64,000 nucleotides of DNA from Candidatus Bathyarchaeota archaeon (GTDB lineage Archaea; Thermoproteota; Bathyarchaeia; Bathyarchaeales; Bathycorpusculaceae), in contig OY969706.1 in NCBI GenBank assembly GCA_963702095.1, positions 1,504,001 to 1,568,000 of the forward strand. The letters run 5' to 3'. How positions within the stretch are numbered: position 1 is the stretch's first letter; every line of letters begins with the position of its first letter. The position numbers were made by a program, and so were the translations under genes. Below, piece after piece: positions 1 to 10,138 of this stretch. The notes beneath the pieces were generated by a model. It was not told the DNA's origin and did no database searches. It saw only the letters and a list, made by a program, of their open reading frames with translations.

Positions 1-722
1 AGATTTTTAGGGGCGAAGACTTCGGCTACGCAATCGGCGAGCACGAAGTAATCATTGAATCCCCCAACCACGACGAAAGCCCCGCCAACGCCGCGTTGCC
101 GCAGCTGGAATTAGTCGTTAAAGCCTACGTTGACAGATTCACGGAATTAAGCGCTAAACCCTACGTCAAATACGTCTCTGTCTTCCGCAACCACGGCATC
201 GAAGCAGGCGCGTCACTTTCACATGCACACAGCCAAGTCATCGCTATCCCCATGGTTCCCGCCGCAATCCAAGCTGAACAAGAAGCCGCCCAAACCCACA
301 GCAAAGTACATGGCAGATGCATCTTCTGCGACATAATCGAACGTGAACGCGATGGGCCACGGTGGATTTTGGAGAACAGAGATTTCGTTGTTTTCGCTCC
401 CTATGCCAGCGTTCATGCCATGGAATTCTGGGTCGTGCCCAAAAAACACGCAGCCAACATCCAAAACCTAACCCCAGAAGAAATCAAATCGTTTGCAGCA
501 ACGCTCAAAACCAGCCTAAAAGCCCTAAAAGACCTAGTCAACGACCCACCCTACAACTATGGCATCCACCAAAGCATCGACGACAGCGGCTACCACTGGC
601 ACTTGGAGGTTTATCCGAAGCTGGCAACTTGGGCAGGGTTCGAGAAGAGCACCGGCGTGTACATCAACACAGTCACGCCCGAAGCTGCCGCAGAAGACCT
701 GCGCAAAGCCATAGCCCCATAA
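1..722 (+). CDS. galT: Galactose-1-phosphate uridylyltransferase (5' part outside window)
   Basis: Frame is open from base 3 (GEHEVIIESPNH); FRNHG..AGASLSHAHSQ HIT-like motif, CIFC Zn site, YHWHLE..P and AGFE C-terminus. Confidence 0.9.
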   Translation, partial: IFRGEDFGYAIGEHEVIIESPNHDESPANAALPQLELVVKAYVDRFTELSAKPYVKYVSVFRNHGIEAGASLSHAHSQVIAIPMVPAAIQAEQEAAQTHSKVHGRCIFCDIIERERDGPRWILENRDFVVFAPYASVHAMEFWVVPKKHAANIQNLTPEEIKSFAATLKTSLKALKDLVNDPPYNYGIHQSIDDSGYHWHLEVYPKLATWAGFEKSTGVYINTVTPEAAAEDLRKAIAP

Positions 723-783
723 TTTGGGGGCTTTAGGTTTAGTAGCCTACTCTATTATCCGTAGATCAAAATTCTACTATTCT

Positions 784-911
784 GCTTGAGGATTGCGCCT
801 CAACCAGCCCTCAATATGCCTCAGCGCCTGAACCCAAAAAGCAATTGTTCACCAAACCCGTAGGAAGATAATGAGCAAGGGCAACACTCTCTTCTTCTAA
901 CAATAGAAAAA
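784..911 (+). repeat. Dispersed ~128-bp intergenic element, copy A
   Basis: GCTTGAGGATTGCGCCTCAACCAGC...TAGAAAAA; aligns without gaps to the copy at 43699-43826. Confidence 0.85.
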
Positions 912-1152
912 CAACAGCAATTGTTCTGCGTAAACTTTGTATGGCACAGAGAAGACGGTTCAATGATGTGTATGCCTAGAACCTTGGCGCTTGTACTGAT
1001 TTTAGTGATTGCTTCTTCAAGTTTAGCTGTCTGCGCGCCGCCGCGTACGCACCCATATTACAGTGATGTTTTTTGTGCTATCGATTGCGGTTTTGGAAAA
1101 GCAATATAGCATAGAACACCGATGCATTTCTCACACGGAGGAAGAATGTGGC

Positions 1153-1818
1153 GTGTTGGTTGCGGGTGTTGATGAAGCAGGACGCGGCTGCGTAATTGGA
1201 CCGCTAGTGGTTGCAGGCGTCCTCGTAGACTCCGAGAACCTGCAGTTGCTCATCGAACTCGGCGTCAAAGACTCCAAGCAACTCACCCCAAAAAAACGCC
1301 AAGCCCTCTACCCCGAAATTATCAAGCTTTGCAGGCGCCACCACATCATCAAAGTGCCGCCGTATTTGATTGACCGAGCTGTGCGCCACACAACAACCCT
1401 GCATAAACTCAACCGTCTCGAGGCACGCACAATGGCAAAAGTGATTGAGGAGTTGCAGCCTGACAAAGCCTTCGTAGACGCCGCCGACGTGTTGGCGGAA
1501 CGCTTCGGCTTGCATATACAAGAATGCCTCGCCAAGCAAACCGTCGTTGTCTCCGAGCATAAAGCTGACCGCAACTACATCGTTGTCTCAGCGGCGTCGG
1601 TCATCGCTAAAGTGGAGCGCGACGCAGAAATCACTCGTTTACAGGAGCGGTATGGTGATTTCGGCAGTGGATATTTAACTGATGACAAAACGTTGGATTT
1701 TCTTAGGCATCTGCTTGATTTGGGCGACGGGGATTACCCGAGTTGTGTGCGAAAATCTTGGGAGCCTGCTCGGCGACTCAAAGACCAGTATGGGTCGGAA
1801 CAGAAGACCCTATTATAA
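1153..1818 (+). CDS. rnhB: Ribonuclease HII
   Basis: AGVDEAGRG..IGPLVV, GVKDSK, VDA, KAD, SAASVIAKVERD, GSGY motifs; start moved to GTG 1153. Confidence 0.95.
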   Translation: MLVAGVDEAGRGCVIGPLVVAGVLVDSENLQLLIELGVKDSKQLTPKKRQALYPEIIKLCRRHHIIKVPPYLIDRAVRHTTTLHKLNRLEARTMAKVIEELQPDKAFVDAADVLAERFGLHIQECLAKQTVVVSEHKADRNYIVVSAASVIAKVERDAEITRLQERYGDFGSGYLTDDKTLDFLRHLLDLGDGDYPSCVRKSWEPARRLKDQYGSEQKTLL

Positions 1819-1928
1819 CTCTATAGTTATTGTCTTTTGTTGCGTCGAAAAAGCTACAATTTATAAATATCTTCAACTATCTTTACAAGTGTAAATATTA
1901 AGAGGGCTTTTAAGCGGCGGTTAACTGT

Positions 1929-3614
1929 TTGAGTGAAAAAGACGTTACCAGATTTCTACAAATTCTCGGTTTAAGCAAAAGAGAAATTCAGGTCTACATG
2001 TTCCTCGCCAAAAGCGGCGTGCAATCTACTAGCTTCGTCGCAAAAAGGCTCAAAATGGAGCGAGTGCAGGCTTACCGTACATTCAAGAAACTCCAAGAAA
2101 AAGGCTTCATCGAAGCCACCCTCGAACGCCCCACACGCTTCACCATCGTACCCTTCTCCGCGTTAGTGGACAACTTCATAACCGCCAAAAAGAACGAAGT
2201 CGCCAACCTCAACGACCAAAAACAAAACCTCCTCACCGCCTGGCAATCCATAAGCGCCCCCGAATCCGAGTACCCCGTCGCCAAATTCAGCATCATCACA
2301 GGAAAAAAGAAAATCCACTCAAAAATGCTCAACATGATCGAAGAATCCAAATCAGAAGTCATCGTTTTAACAACCGCATTGGGCATGATACAGGAGGACA
2401 TAGCAGGCATTTTTGACGCTGCCGTTACACCCTCGCTAGAGCGTAATATTCAAGTCCAGATAATCACCGACATCTCCAACGAAAACCTCAAAGTCGTAGA
2501 ACGCATCGACCGCAACATAACCGAAGACAAACTAAACATTAAACTCCGACACATCAACATGAGCAGCAAATTCTTTCCACGTTTCCTCATAAAAGACGAG
2601 GAAGAAGCCATCCTCTATGCACCGTTTGGAAACGAAGCCTCAGTCCTAAACCTCGAAGACGAAGGCTTATGGATCAACGACAAAATGTTCATTTCCGTTC
2701 TCAAAGCCTTCTTTGTGCAGATGTGGCAAAGCGGAATCGAAGCGGCACGCCGTATAGACGAATTAAAAACCGGCATCCCCCTAGGCGAAACCTATGTCAT
2801 CAAGGGCGAAGAAGAGGCTTGGAGTAAAATCACCCAGATTCTGGACGCAGCCAAAAAAGACATCGTGGTCATCGCGTCCTCTCAGAGTATAAATGCGCTT
2901 GCCGAGGATGATCCGCTGGTTAAATACTTCAAAAAAGGCTTAAAAGTTCGTTTAATGGCGTCCATAGACTTGGATAATTTGGAGCCTGCTCAGAAACTGG
3001 GCAAAAATTACGAAGTCAAACATGTCCCTATCAGCTACATGACCATGATGCTTGTTGACGACAAACATCTCTTCATGTTTAAAAACCCGCCGATGAGCGA
3101 TTTCGGGGTGGAATCAGCCTTCTATTTGGCAGACACTTTCTACTCCAGCGACCCTGGGCAGACTGAACGTGTCAGCGAAATGTTAAATGACATCTGGAAA
3201 CGCGGCATCGATATCTCCGAAATCAGCGATCAAGCAGGAACAAAACTACCCACAGTTGAAGTCGAAACGACAGATACTGTCGCGCAAACAGTGAATCGGA
3301 TGCTGCAGGACAACGTCAACTCCGTCCTCATAACCGAACATTACAAGCCAATAGGTGTAATCAGCGATCGTGATGTGCTGCGGGAAATCGTGGAAAAGCA
3401 AAGCCATCCCCTAAAAACAATGGCTAAAGACCTCAATTATACGCCGCTGATCGTTTTGCAAGCCGATGAAACCATGATAACAGCAATGAAGATTATGTCT
3501 CAGAAAGGTTTCAAACGTGCCGCCATGGTGAAGAACGGTCAACTCATCGGTATGTTAACTGAGGAAGCCGCAAAAAAAGCGGCACTCCAAATGAATGCTG
3601 CAGCAGCCGCATAA
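1929..3614 (+). CDS. TrmB-family transcriptional regulator with duplicated effector domain and C-terminal CBS pair
   Basis: N-terminal LGLS..E..VY..L...wHTH...L..KG.I; two TrmB/PLD-like effector repeats (FLIKDEEE; MMLVDDKH); CBS signatures GVISDRD and GMLTE. Confidence 0.85.
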   Translation: MSEKDVTRFLQILGLSKREIQVYMFLAKSGVQSTSFVAKRLKMERVQAYRTFKKLQEKGFIEATLERPTRFTIVPFSALVDNFITAKKNEVANLNDQKQNLLTAWQSISAPESEYPVAKFSIITGKKKIHSKMLNMIEESKSEVIVLTTALGMIQEDIAGIFDAAVTPSLERNIQVQIITDISNENLKVVERIDRNITEDKLNIKLRHINMSSKFFPRFLIKDEEEAILYAPFGNEASVLNLEDEGLWINDKMFISVLKAFFVQMWQSGIEAARRIDELKTGIPLGETYVIKGEEEAWSKITQILDAAKKDIVVIASSQSINALAEDDPLVKYFKKGLKVRLMASIDLDNLEPAQKLGKNYEVKHVPISYMTMMLVDDKHLFMFKNPPMSDFGVESAFYLADTFYSSDPGQTERVSEMLNDIWKRGIDISEISDQAGTKLPTVEVETTDTVAQTVNRMLQDNVNSVLITEHYKPIGVISDRDVLREIVEKQSHPLKTMAKDLNYTPLIVLQADETMITAMKIMSQKGFKRAAMVKNGQLIGMLTEEAAKKAALQMNAAAAA

Positions 3615-3681
3615 ACGCTCAGCAACACTTGCGTTCTTTTCTGGAATGAAAACAATTATTAGCAAACCATTTGTACCTTAA

Positions 3682-4377
<696 letters not shown>

Positions 4378-4393
4378 ATCCGCGTGAAGTTCC

Positions 4394-5275
4394 TTGAAGG
4401 TTGAACCCGAATGCGAATCCTGCCTGCTTTCTAGGGCACAGATCCAAACGTACCAAGCCACCACAAACCCTGCGCTGCGCTTTCGCTGCATGGCTGAAAT
4501 CGTGAAGCTGCTCAACAGGGAGTTTAAGCCCACCTCGAATGCGGCTGAAATCGGCACTGAACGGGACCGCATAATTCGTAAATTGACAAGCTGCGACGAC
4601 CCCTATAAATTCAACAAGCGTTTAGCCAACGAGAAAGCCCTCAAAATACTGCCCCATGCTAAAAAGATAGTTGAGGCAGGCTATACCCAGCAGGAACGGT
4701 TCAAAAAAGCTGTCCTATGTGCTATAGTGGGCAACATAATGGAGTTCGACATTCCCGGTCACAAGTTTACACTCAAAAATTTGGCAACTTGCATCCGTGA
4801 AGCGGGCAAAGACCTCGTCATCGACGACATCGACAAAGCCTACGAGTTAGCCAAAAAAGCGCATAGTATACTCTATTTATCGGATAACGCCGGCGAAATC
4901 GTCCTTGACACCCTACTGGTTGAGCAACTCAAGAACATGGGCTTAAAAGTAACCTACGTCGTCAAAGGCGGCCCAGTAATAAACGACGCCACCATGGAAG
5001 ACGCCCAAATCAGCAACATGGATAAAATCGCCGACGAAGTCATCACAACAGGCTGCGACGCCGTTGGATTGCAGAAGAAAGAGGCATCCGAGGAGTTCCT
5101 AAGAGTCTACGATGAAGCTGAACTTGTTTTCGCTAAAGGAATGGGTTATGCTGAGACATTAACGGAGTTCAAGTTAACTAAGCCGCATCTGCTAATGTTT
5201 AGAACCAAGTGTATCCCAGTGGCGAACTATTTCTGTGTGGCAAGAGACAAAAACATCGCAAAGCTGATGCCTTAG
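4394..5275 (+). CDS. DUF89/ARMT1-like damage-control phosphatase
   Basis: N-terminal ECESC, DPY, GNIM, DNAGE, INDAT, KGMG.AE, KC motifs. Confidence 0.85.
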   Translation: MKVEPECESCLLSRAQIQTYQATTNPALRFRCMAEIVKLLNREFKPTSNAAEIGTERDRIIRKLTSCDDPYKFNKRLANEKALKILPHAKKIVEAGYTQQERFKKAVLCAIVGNIMEFDIPGHKFTLKNLATCIREAGKDLVIDDIDKAYELAKKAHSILYLSDNAGEIVLDTLLVEQLKNMGLKVTYVVKGGPVINDATMEDAQISNMDKIADEVITTGCDAVGLQKKEASEEFLRVYDEAELVFAKGMGYAETLTEFKLTKPHLLMFRTKCIPVANYFCVARDKNIAKLMP

Positions 5276-5276
5276 C

Positions 5277-7358
5277 ATGAAGTTGCCTGCGTTAACCTAC
5301 TCCAAAGAGGCCCTTGAACGTTTTGGCGAGGTTTTAACGCAGGAGTGGCTAGTAACCAACGGGTTAGGCAGCTACGCCTCATCCACGGTGCCAGCGATTA
5401 ACACCCGCAAATACCACGGGTTACTGGTTGCAGCACTTAATCCGCCTGGCGACCGCACGGTTTGCCTCTCTAAACTCGACGAAGACATAATCGTCGGCGG
5501 CTCCACCTATCGACTGGGCGCAAACGACTTTCAAGACACCATCTTCCCAGATGGCTTCAAACTGATTAAACAATTCACATTGGACCCGTATCCCACTTAC
5601 CGCTATGAAGTCAGCGACGTCGCTTTGCAGCGGACACTTTTCATGCCGAAAAACAAAAACGCCGTCGCAGTCCTCTACCACGTTACAAACCGCAAAGCCG
5701 TCGAAGCAAAAGTTCGCATCTACCCAATTATAACATGCCGCTACTACCACACAGTAATCGACCGCACACACGTACCGCTCGACTTCACCACCGAAAGCGC
5801 AGCGTATGGATTCCAAACATCTTGTACGCGCCCAGATGTAACACTTGCCTGCCGCATGACGGACGGAAAATTTACCGAAGCGCCAATTTGGATTGAACAT
5901 ATACGTTATCGCGAGGAAAGTCTACGAGGCGAAGCGCCTTTTGATGACTGCTTCCAACCGGGGTACTTTGAGTTGACGGTGCCGGCGGCAACTGAAGACA
6001 CTTTTGCAGTAACCTGTGCGGCTAGCTCTGATAGCAAAGAAGTAAACAGCATTCTATCTTTGGTGGGCAAAACCGCCCCTGAAGTCGATACAACCCTCGC
6101 TTTGGAACTTAAAGCTAAAGAGGATTTACTCAACGGTTTCTATAATCGCCACCCCCGTGTGCCCATGAGTGATTGGCTGAACTGGATTTTGCTTGCCGCC
6201 GACTCCTTCATAGTTCAAAATGCTGATGGCAAAAAATCTATTATCGCTGGTTACCACTGGTTTGAACCATGGGGCAGAGACACTTTCATCTCGTTGCCTG
6301 GGTTGTTACTGGTCACCGGTAGATTCGATGACGCCAAGGGTATTTTGCAGAATTTTATGCGTTACCTAAAAGGCGGCATGATTCCTAACTTTTTGGCTGA
6401 CCGAACAGGCGTCCCAGTCTACAACACCGTTGACGGCACACTGTGGTATGTTAACGCCGTGTTCGAATACCTCAAATACACAGGTGACTATGCCTTCGTA
6501 AAATCTGAGTTTTGGCCCAACCTCAAAGCCATAATTGAGAACCACCAACGCGGCACCATGTTTGGCATCCACCTCGACAGCGACGGCTTGCTGTCCCATG
6601 GACCCCGCCTTACTTGGATGGACGCGGTTGTTGAAGGCGACGTGATTACGCCTCGTGAGGGCAAAGCCGTGGAAATCCAAGCGTTCTGGTACAACGCACT
6701 TAAAATCATGGAGTTTCTCGCAAACCAGTTCGACGAGCAAACCTTAGCTAAACAGTACCTTGCTATGTCGGAGCAAACCCGTGTAAGCTTCAACGAAAAA
6801 TATTGGAACCCAAAACTTGGCTGCCTCTACGATGTACTAGCACCGGACGGTGCGGATGCGTCGTTGCGCCCCAACCAAGTTTTTGCGGTGTCGCTGGATT
6901 ACATGGTGCTCAACAAAGAGTACAGCCGCCAAGTCGTCGACGTCGTCAACCGTGAGCTGGTGACTCCTTATGGTTTGCGGACGCTTTCGCTGGGTGACCC
7001 CAAATTCGTCGGCAAATGCTTTGGAAACAGACGCAGCCGCGACAGCGCCTACCACAACGGCACCATATGGCCTTGGCTTTTAGGACCCTACGTATCAGCA
7101 TACCTCAAAGTCAACGATTACACAGCGCAGGCAAAGAAACAAGCGCTCAAAAACTACCTGCTGCCTCTGTTCACGGTCGGTCTCCACAAAGGAGGATTAG
7201 GCTCCATCAACGAAATCTATGACTGCGACTCACCCAACGCGGCACGTGGCTGCATTTCGCAGGCTTGGAGCGTCGCGGAGCCACTGCGAGCTTACATAGA
7301 GGACGTTTTGCAGGTTAAGCCTAAAAGCCGCCCAGAGAAAGCAGCTCCACCCGTTTAA
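5277..7358 (+). CDS. Glycogen debranching enzyme (amylo-alpha-1,6-glucosidase, archaeal type)
   Basis: EWLVTNGLG.YAS, AGYHWF..WGRDTFISLPG, TWMDA, RPNQ, YHNGTIWPWL, QAWS. Confidence 0.92.
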   Translation: MKLPALTYSKEALERFGEVLTQEWLVTNGLGSYASSTVPAINTRKYHGLLVAALNPPGDRTVCLSKLDEDIIVGGSTYRLGANDFQDTIFPDGFKLIKQFTLDPYPTYRYEVSDVALQRTLFMPKNKNAVAVLYHVTNRKAVEAKVRIYPIITCRYYHTVIDRTHVPLDFTTESAAYGFQTSCTRPDVTLACRMTDGKFTEAPIWIEHIRYREESLRGEAPFDDCFQPGYFELTVPAATEDTFAVTCAASSDSKEVNSILSLVGKTAPEVDTTLALELKAKEDLLNGFYNRHPRVPMSDWLNWILLAADSFIVQNADGKKSIIAGYHWFEPWGRDTFISLPGLLLVTGRFDDAKGILQNFMRYLKGGMIPNFLADRTGVPVYNTVDGTLWYVNAVFEYLKYTGDYAFVKSEFWPNLKAIIENHQRGTMFGIHLDSDGLLSHGPRLTWMDAVVEGDVITPREGKAVEIQAFWYNALKIMEFLANQFDEQTLAKQYLAMSEQTRVSFNEKYWNPKLGCLYDVLAPDGADASLRPNQVFAVSLDYMVLNKEYSRQVVDVVNRELVTPYGLRTLSLGDPKFVGKCFGNRRSRDSAYHNGTIWPWLLGPYVSAYLKVNDYTAQAKKQALKNYLLPLFTVGLHKGGLGSINEIYDCDSPNAARGCISQAWSVAEPLRAYIEDVLQVKPKSRPEKAAPPV

Positions 7359-7384
7359 AAGTAGATTGAAATTGGGTGTTTTTG

Positions 7385-7514
7385 TTTTTCTAGTATTTAA
7401 GTAGAAGATAATGTCGCCCTTACTCATCATCTTCTTAGGGGCTTGGTGGGCGGTTGTGTTTTGCGTTCTGCAGCTGAGGGGGATTGCTAGCTGGTTGTGG
7501 CGTAATCCTCAAGC
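7385..7514 (-). repeat. Dispersed ~128-bp intergenic element, copy E
   Basis: Minus strand GCTTGAGGATTACGCCACAACCAGC...AGAAGATGATG-N11-CATTATCTTCT...TAGAAAAA, between convergent genes. Confidence 0.85.
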
Positions 7515-7701
7515 AGAACTTCGAAACCTTTTGACATTACTGTTAAATTGGTTTTTTCTCTTTTTGGGGGTGTGGGGGGCATGTATCGTTTGCTTTTTTC
7601 TCCACAAGAACAGCAATGACAGCGCAATGCAAGCGGGCACAACCATGACCCATTACGGCAGCACCTACGGCCAAGTCCGAATCGGGGGATACATAGTATA
7701 G

Positions 7702-8400
7702 TTAGGTTTTTTGTGCTACTATCATTGCGTGTGCTTTGTCGTAGGGCTCTAAATCGACGGTTTCCTTCACGTCATAGCCCCGTTTCATCAGGATTTTTGC
7801 TTCCTGCTGATAGACCGCCTGGGGCGCCATTGTAACATCGACGCTCTGTGATTTGCAGGCAAGCATCACCCAGCCTGCCTCTTTTAGGAAGTAGTCAGCG
7901 TTGTCTGCGAGGAGTTTGGCTTGTTCGGGTTGGGCTACGTCGCAGTAGATGACATCGACTTTGCCGCTGATGAACATGGCGTAGTGTTCTGGCATGCGGG
8001 CGTCGTCGAGGAGGGGGGAAATGTTTGGTCGGAAAGCCGCCACGTTGTTGACTAAGTCGCGTAGGCTGCGCTGGGCAAATTCGACGCAGTAAACGTGCCC
8101 CGACTCGCCGACGATGTCGCTGACATGGCTCGGTGTGGTTCCTGAAGCTGCACCCAAATACAAAACTTTAGAGCCCGCCTCTATGGGCACAGTCTGTAAG
8201 CCCTTTATGATGGCACCTGCGAGTTTGCTGCGGAAAGCATCCCAAACACGGTACTCTACGCCCTGATATTTCAGTAGGCGCTCACCGTAGACGTTGAGGC
8301 CGGGGGTGAGGTTTTTGGTGCCCAGCCGCTTGGCGCCGTCTTCGAGGGTTACATTATAGATTTCTTGGAATTTAGGGTGAGGTTTAACTCGAGCGCCCAC
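7702..8400 (-). CDS. flpA: Fibrillarin-like rRNA/tRNA 2'-O-methyltransferase
   Basis: EYRVW...RSKLA, VLYLGAASGTT.SHVSDIVG, DVAQPEQA, LEPY..HA; start moved to GTG 8400 because the longer ORF is an alternative reading of the nop5 tail. Confidence 0.95.
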   Translation of the reverse strand: MGARVKPHPKFQEIYNVTLEDGAKRLGTKNLTPGLNVYGERLLKYQGVEYRVWDAFRSKLAGAIIKGLQTVPIEAGSKVLYLGAASGTTPSHVSDIVGESGHVYCVEFAQRSLRDLVNNVAAFRPNISPLLDDARMPEHYAMFISGKVDVIYCDVAQPEQAKLLADNADYFLKEAGWVMLACKSQSVDVTMAPQAVYQQEAKILMKRGYDVKETVDLEPYDKAHAMIVAQKT

Positions 8401-10025
8401 GGGTGTCTCTCCACTGTTTGCGTCTACGTTTGCCGCTTTTAGGTGGACCTTCACGGCGGGGTTTTGGCGTGACTGGGCGCTGCTGGTTTTCTGCTGGTGG
8501 CGCTTCCTGTCTGGGTTTTTGCTCGAATGAGCGTCGTGGTGGAGCTTGCTCGTCTCTTGGCCGTTCCTCATGTCTTGGCTTCTGCTGGAATGAGGGTCGT
8601 GGAGCTTGTTGGTTTCTTGGCGTTTCTTCATGTCGGGGAGGCTGTTGGAAAGAGCGCTGTTGTGGTGAAGCCTGTTCCTCTCGTGGGGGTTCTTGGGGTC
8701 GTGGTTTCTGCTGGAACGCTGGTCTTAGACCTTCTCTGGGCGGTTGACGGTACGTAAAGCGCTGTTCACCTCTATCCTCGAAGCGTCTTCCTCCGCCTTC
8801 CCTGCGTTGACCACCTTCGCGGTAGCCGAAGCCTTCGCGTTTCTCTTTAGGCTTGGCTTCTTTTGGCGGCGGAGGCTCCTTATACTTCTCACGGATTTCC
8901 TCAACGCGCTTGTTAATGTCCTCTTTTAATTTGTCGCCGATGAAGTGTCCTTCACCGAATGCGTCGGCGCGGGCGGCAATGGCGAGTTTGCCTGCTATGA
9001 CGCGTGCGATTTTTCCCCGCTGCCACCGCTTAGCGTCATGCAAAAGCGTGTGCTGGAAAATCAAGCCGTGCTTCGGCGGACGTGCCCCAGTTTTGAGTGA
9101 GCGAAACAAAGCTTTTTCTGCGCCCAACACTTGGATGGTGCTGGCGGGTCGCATAGCAAGGTTCTGTAGGCTACCGGCGATGGCAATCATGCGGGCGCCC
9201 AGGAGTGCTCCAGCGACTGCTCGGATGTTTGGCGCCATCTCCTCCATGGTTTTATCCACGTATTCCTCCATGTTTTTGCGCAGGCTATAGAAGGCTAGGA
9301 CGTCTTTGGCTAAGGCTTGCACCTGCTCCAAGTCGCCCTCGGAGATGTCAGCGCCCATCGATGAATCCGCCGCTTTAGCGACGAGTTGAGTGCGCTCTTT
9401 GGGGATGCCCTCATTCTCCAAGTGTTCAGTGGTAAAGTTGTCTCTGCCGCCCAAATTCATGACGAGCCGAGCGTAAGTTTCATGTTTCTCTATTAGGCGG
9501 TCGAGTTCGGGGAAGTATACGCCGTACCATTCGCGGAGCCTGCCCATGAAGAGGTTGACGGTTTGGTCAAGGCTGTCCAAGGTTTGGATGCTTTGTGCAA
9601 CGATTAAGTCACGTTTGCCTGTGGCCCCTTTTTATTCGGAGTTTGGCGAGTTCCATGCTGACGTTGCGGTTCCAGATGTCGAGTTCCTGCTGGTCCGCGG
9701 CAAAACCTGATTCCAAGGCGACATCGCTCATGCGTGAACTCAAAACAGCGGATTCCGAGGGTTTAGCAACTTCGACGGTTACTTTGAGTTTACGCTGGGC
9801 TTCCTCTGCCAAATTAGCGTTGCCAAAAACGAACACGTCGTAACCCACGTTTTTTAAGAGGGTAACCAAGGAGGTAGTTTGGTCGGATAGTTTGCCGGTT
9901 TCGGTGCGGAGCAAGCTTTTTGCTGCTGCCTGCGGTTTCTTCGGAAACAGCGCCTTCTCTACGAGTTGGTTTTTGTCGTCGAAGGCTGCTACGCCAAAGG
10001 GAAACTGTACGATGAATGCTTTCAT
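8384..10025 (-). CDS. nop5: Box C/D RNP core protein Nop5 (Nop56/58), split by one frameshift near 9630
   Basis: MKAFIVQFPFG N-domain (ATG 10025) joins IKGATGKRDLIVAQSIQTLD if one base is removed from the A5G4 run; REWYG.YFPEL, PASTIQVLGAEKALF, PPKHGLIFQH, RGKIAR. Confidence 0.92.
8475..8725 (-). repeat. Four imperfect 60-66 bp coding tandem repeats in the Nop5 tail
   Basis: RPAFQQKPRPQEPPREEQ / RSFQQPPRHEETPRNQQ / PSFQQKPRHEERPRDEQ / RSFEQKPRQEAPPAENQQ. Confidence 0.85.
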
Positions 10026-10138
10026 GCTATTGTGCCCCGATAAACTAACAGTATGTCCACTGTTTGAGTTAATAAAGGGTTTCTCTGCGTGGCCTTCAAC
10101 ATTCACGAAGAAAACGCCTAATGCCTCAAGTAGGCGGG

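Noticed and set aside
921-1109. Small ORF with signal-peptide-like stretch, or a C/D sRNA (ATGATGT...CTGA...GTGATTG)
   Set aside because: The ORF has no mature domain (likely remnant); the box spacing is too long and the terminal D box is missing.
7411-7701. 96-aa hydrophobic ORF
   Set aside because: Overlaps repeat copy E on the opposite strand; the hydrophobicity comes from T/G-rich non-coding sequence.
8401-8631. Apparent 77-aa N-terminal repeat extension on fibrillarin (GAR-like IDR)
   Set aside because: It is an alternative reading of the nop5 repeat tail; GTG 8400 with a GGAG SD gives a normal-length fibrillarin.
9620-9640. Programmed ribosomal frameshift in nop5
   Set aside because: Needs removal of one base in a homopolymer, and similar indels hit unrelated genes, so sequencing error is more parsimonious.
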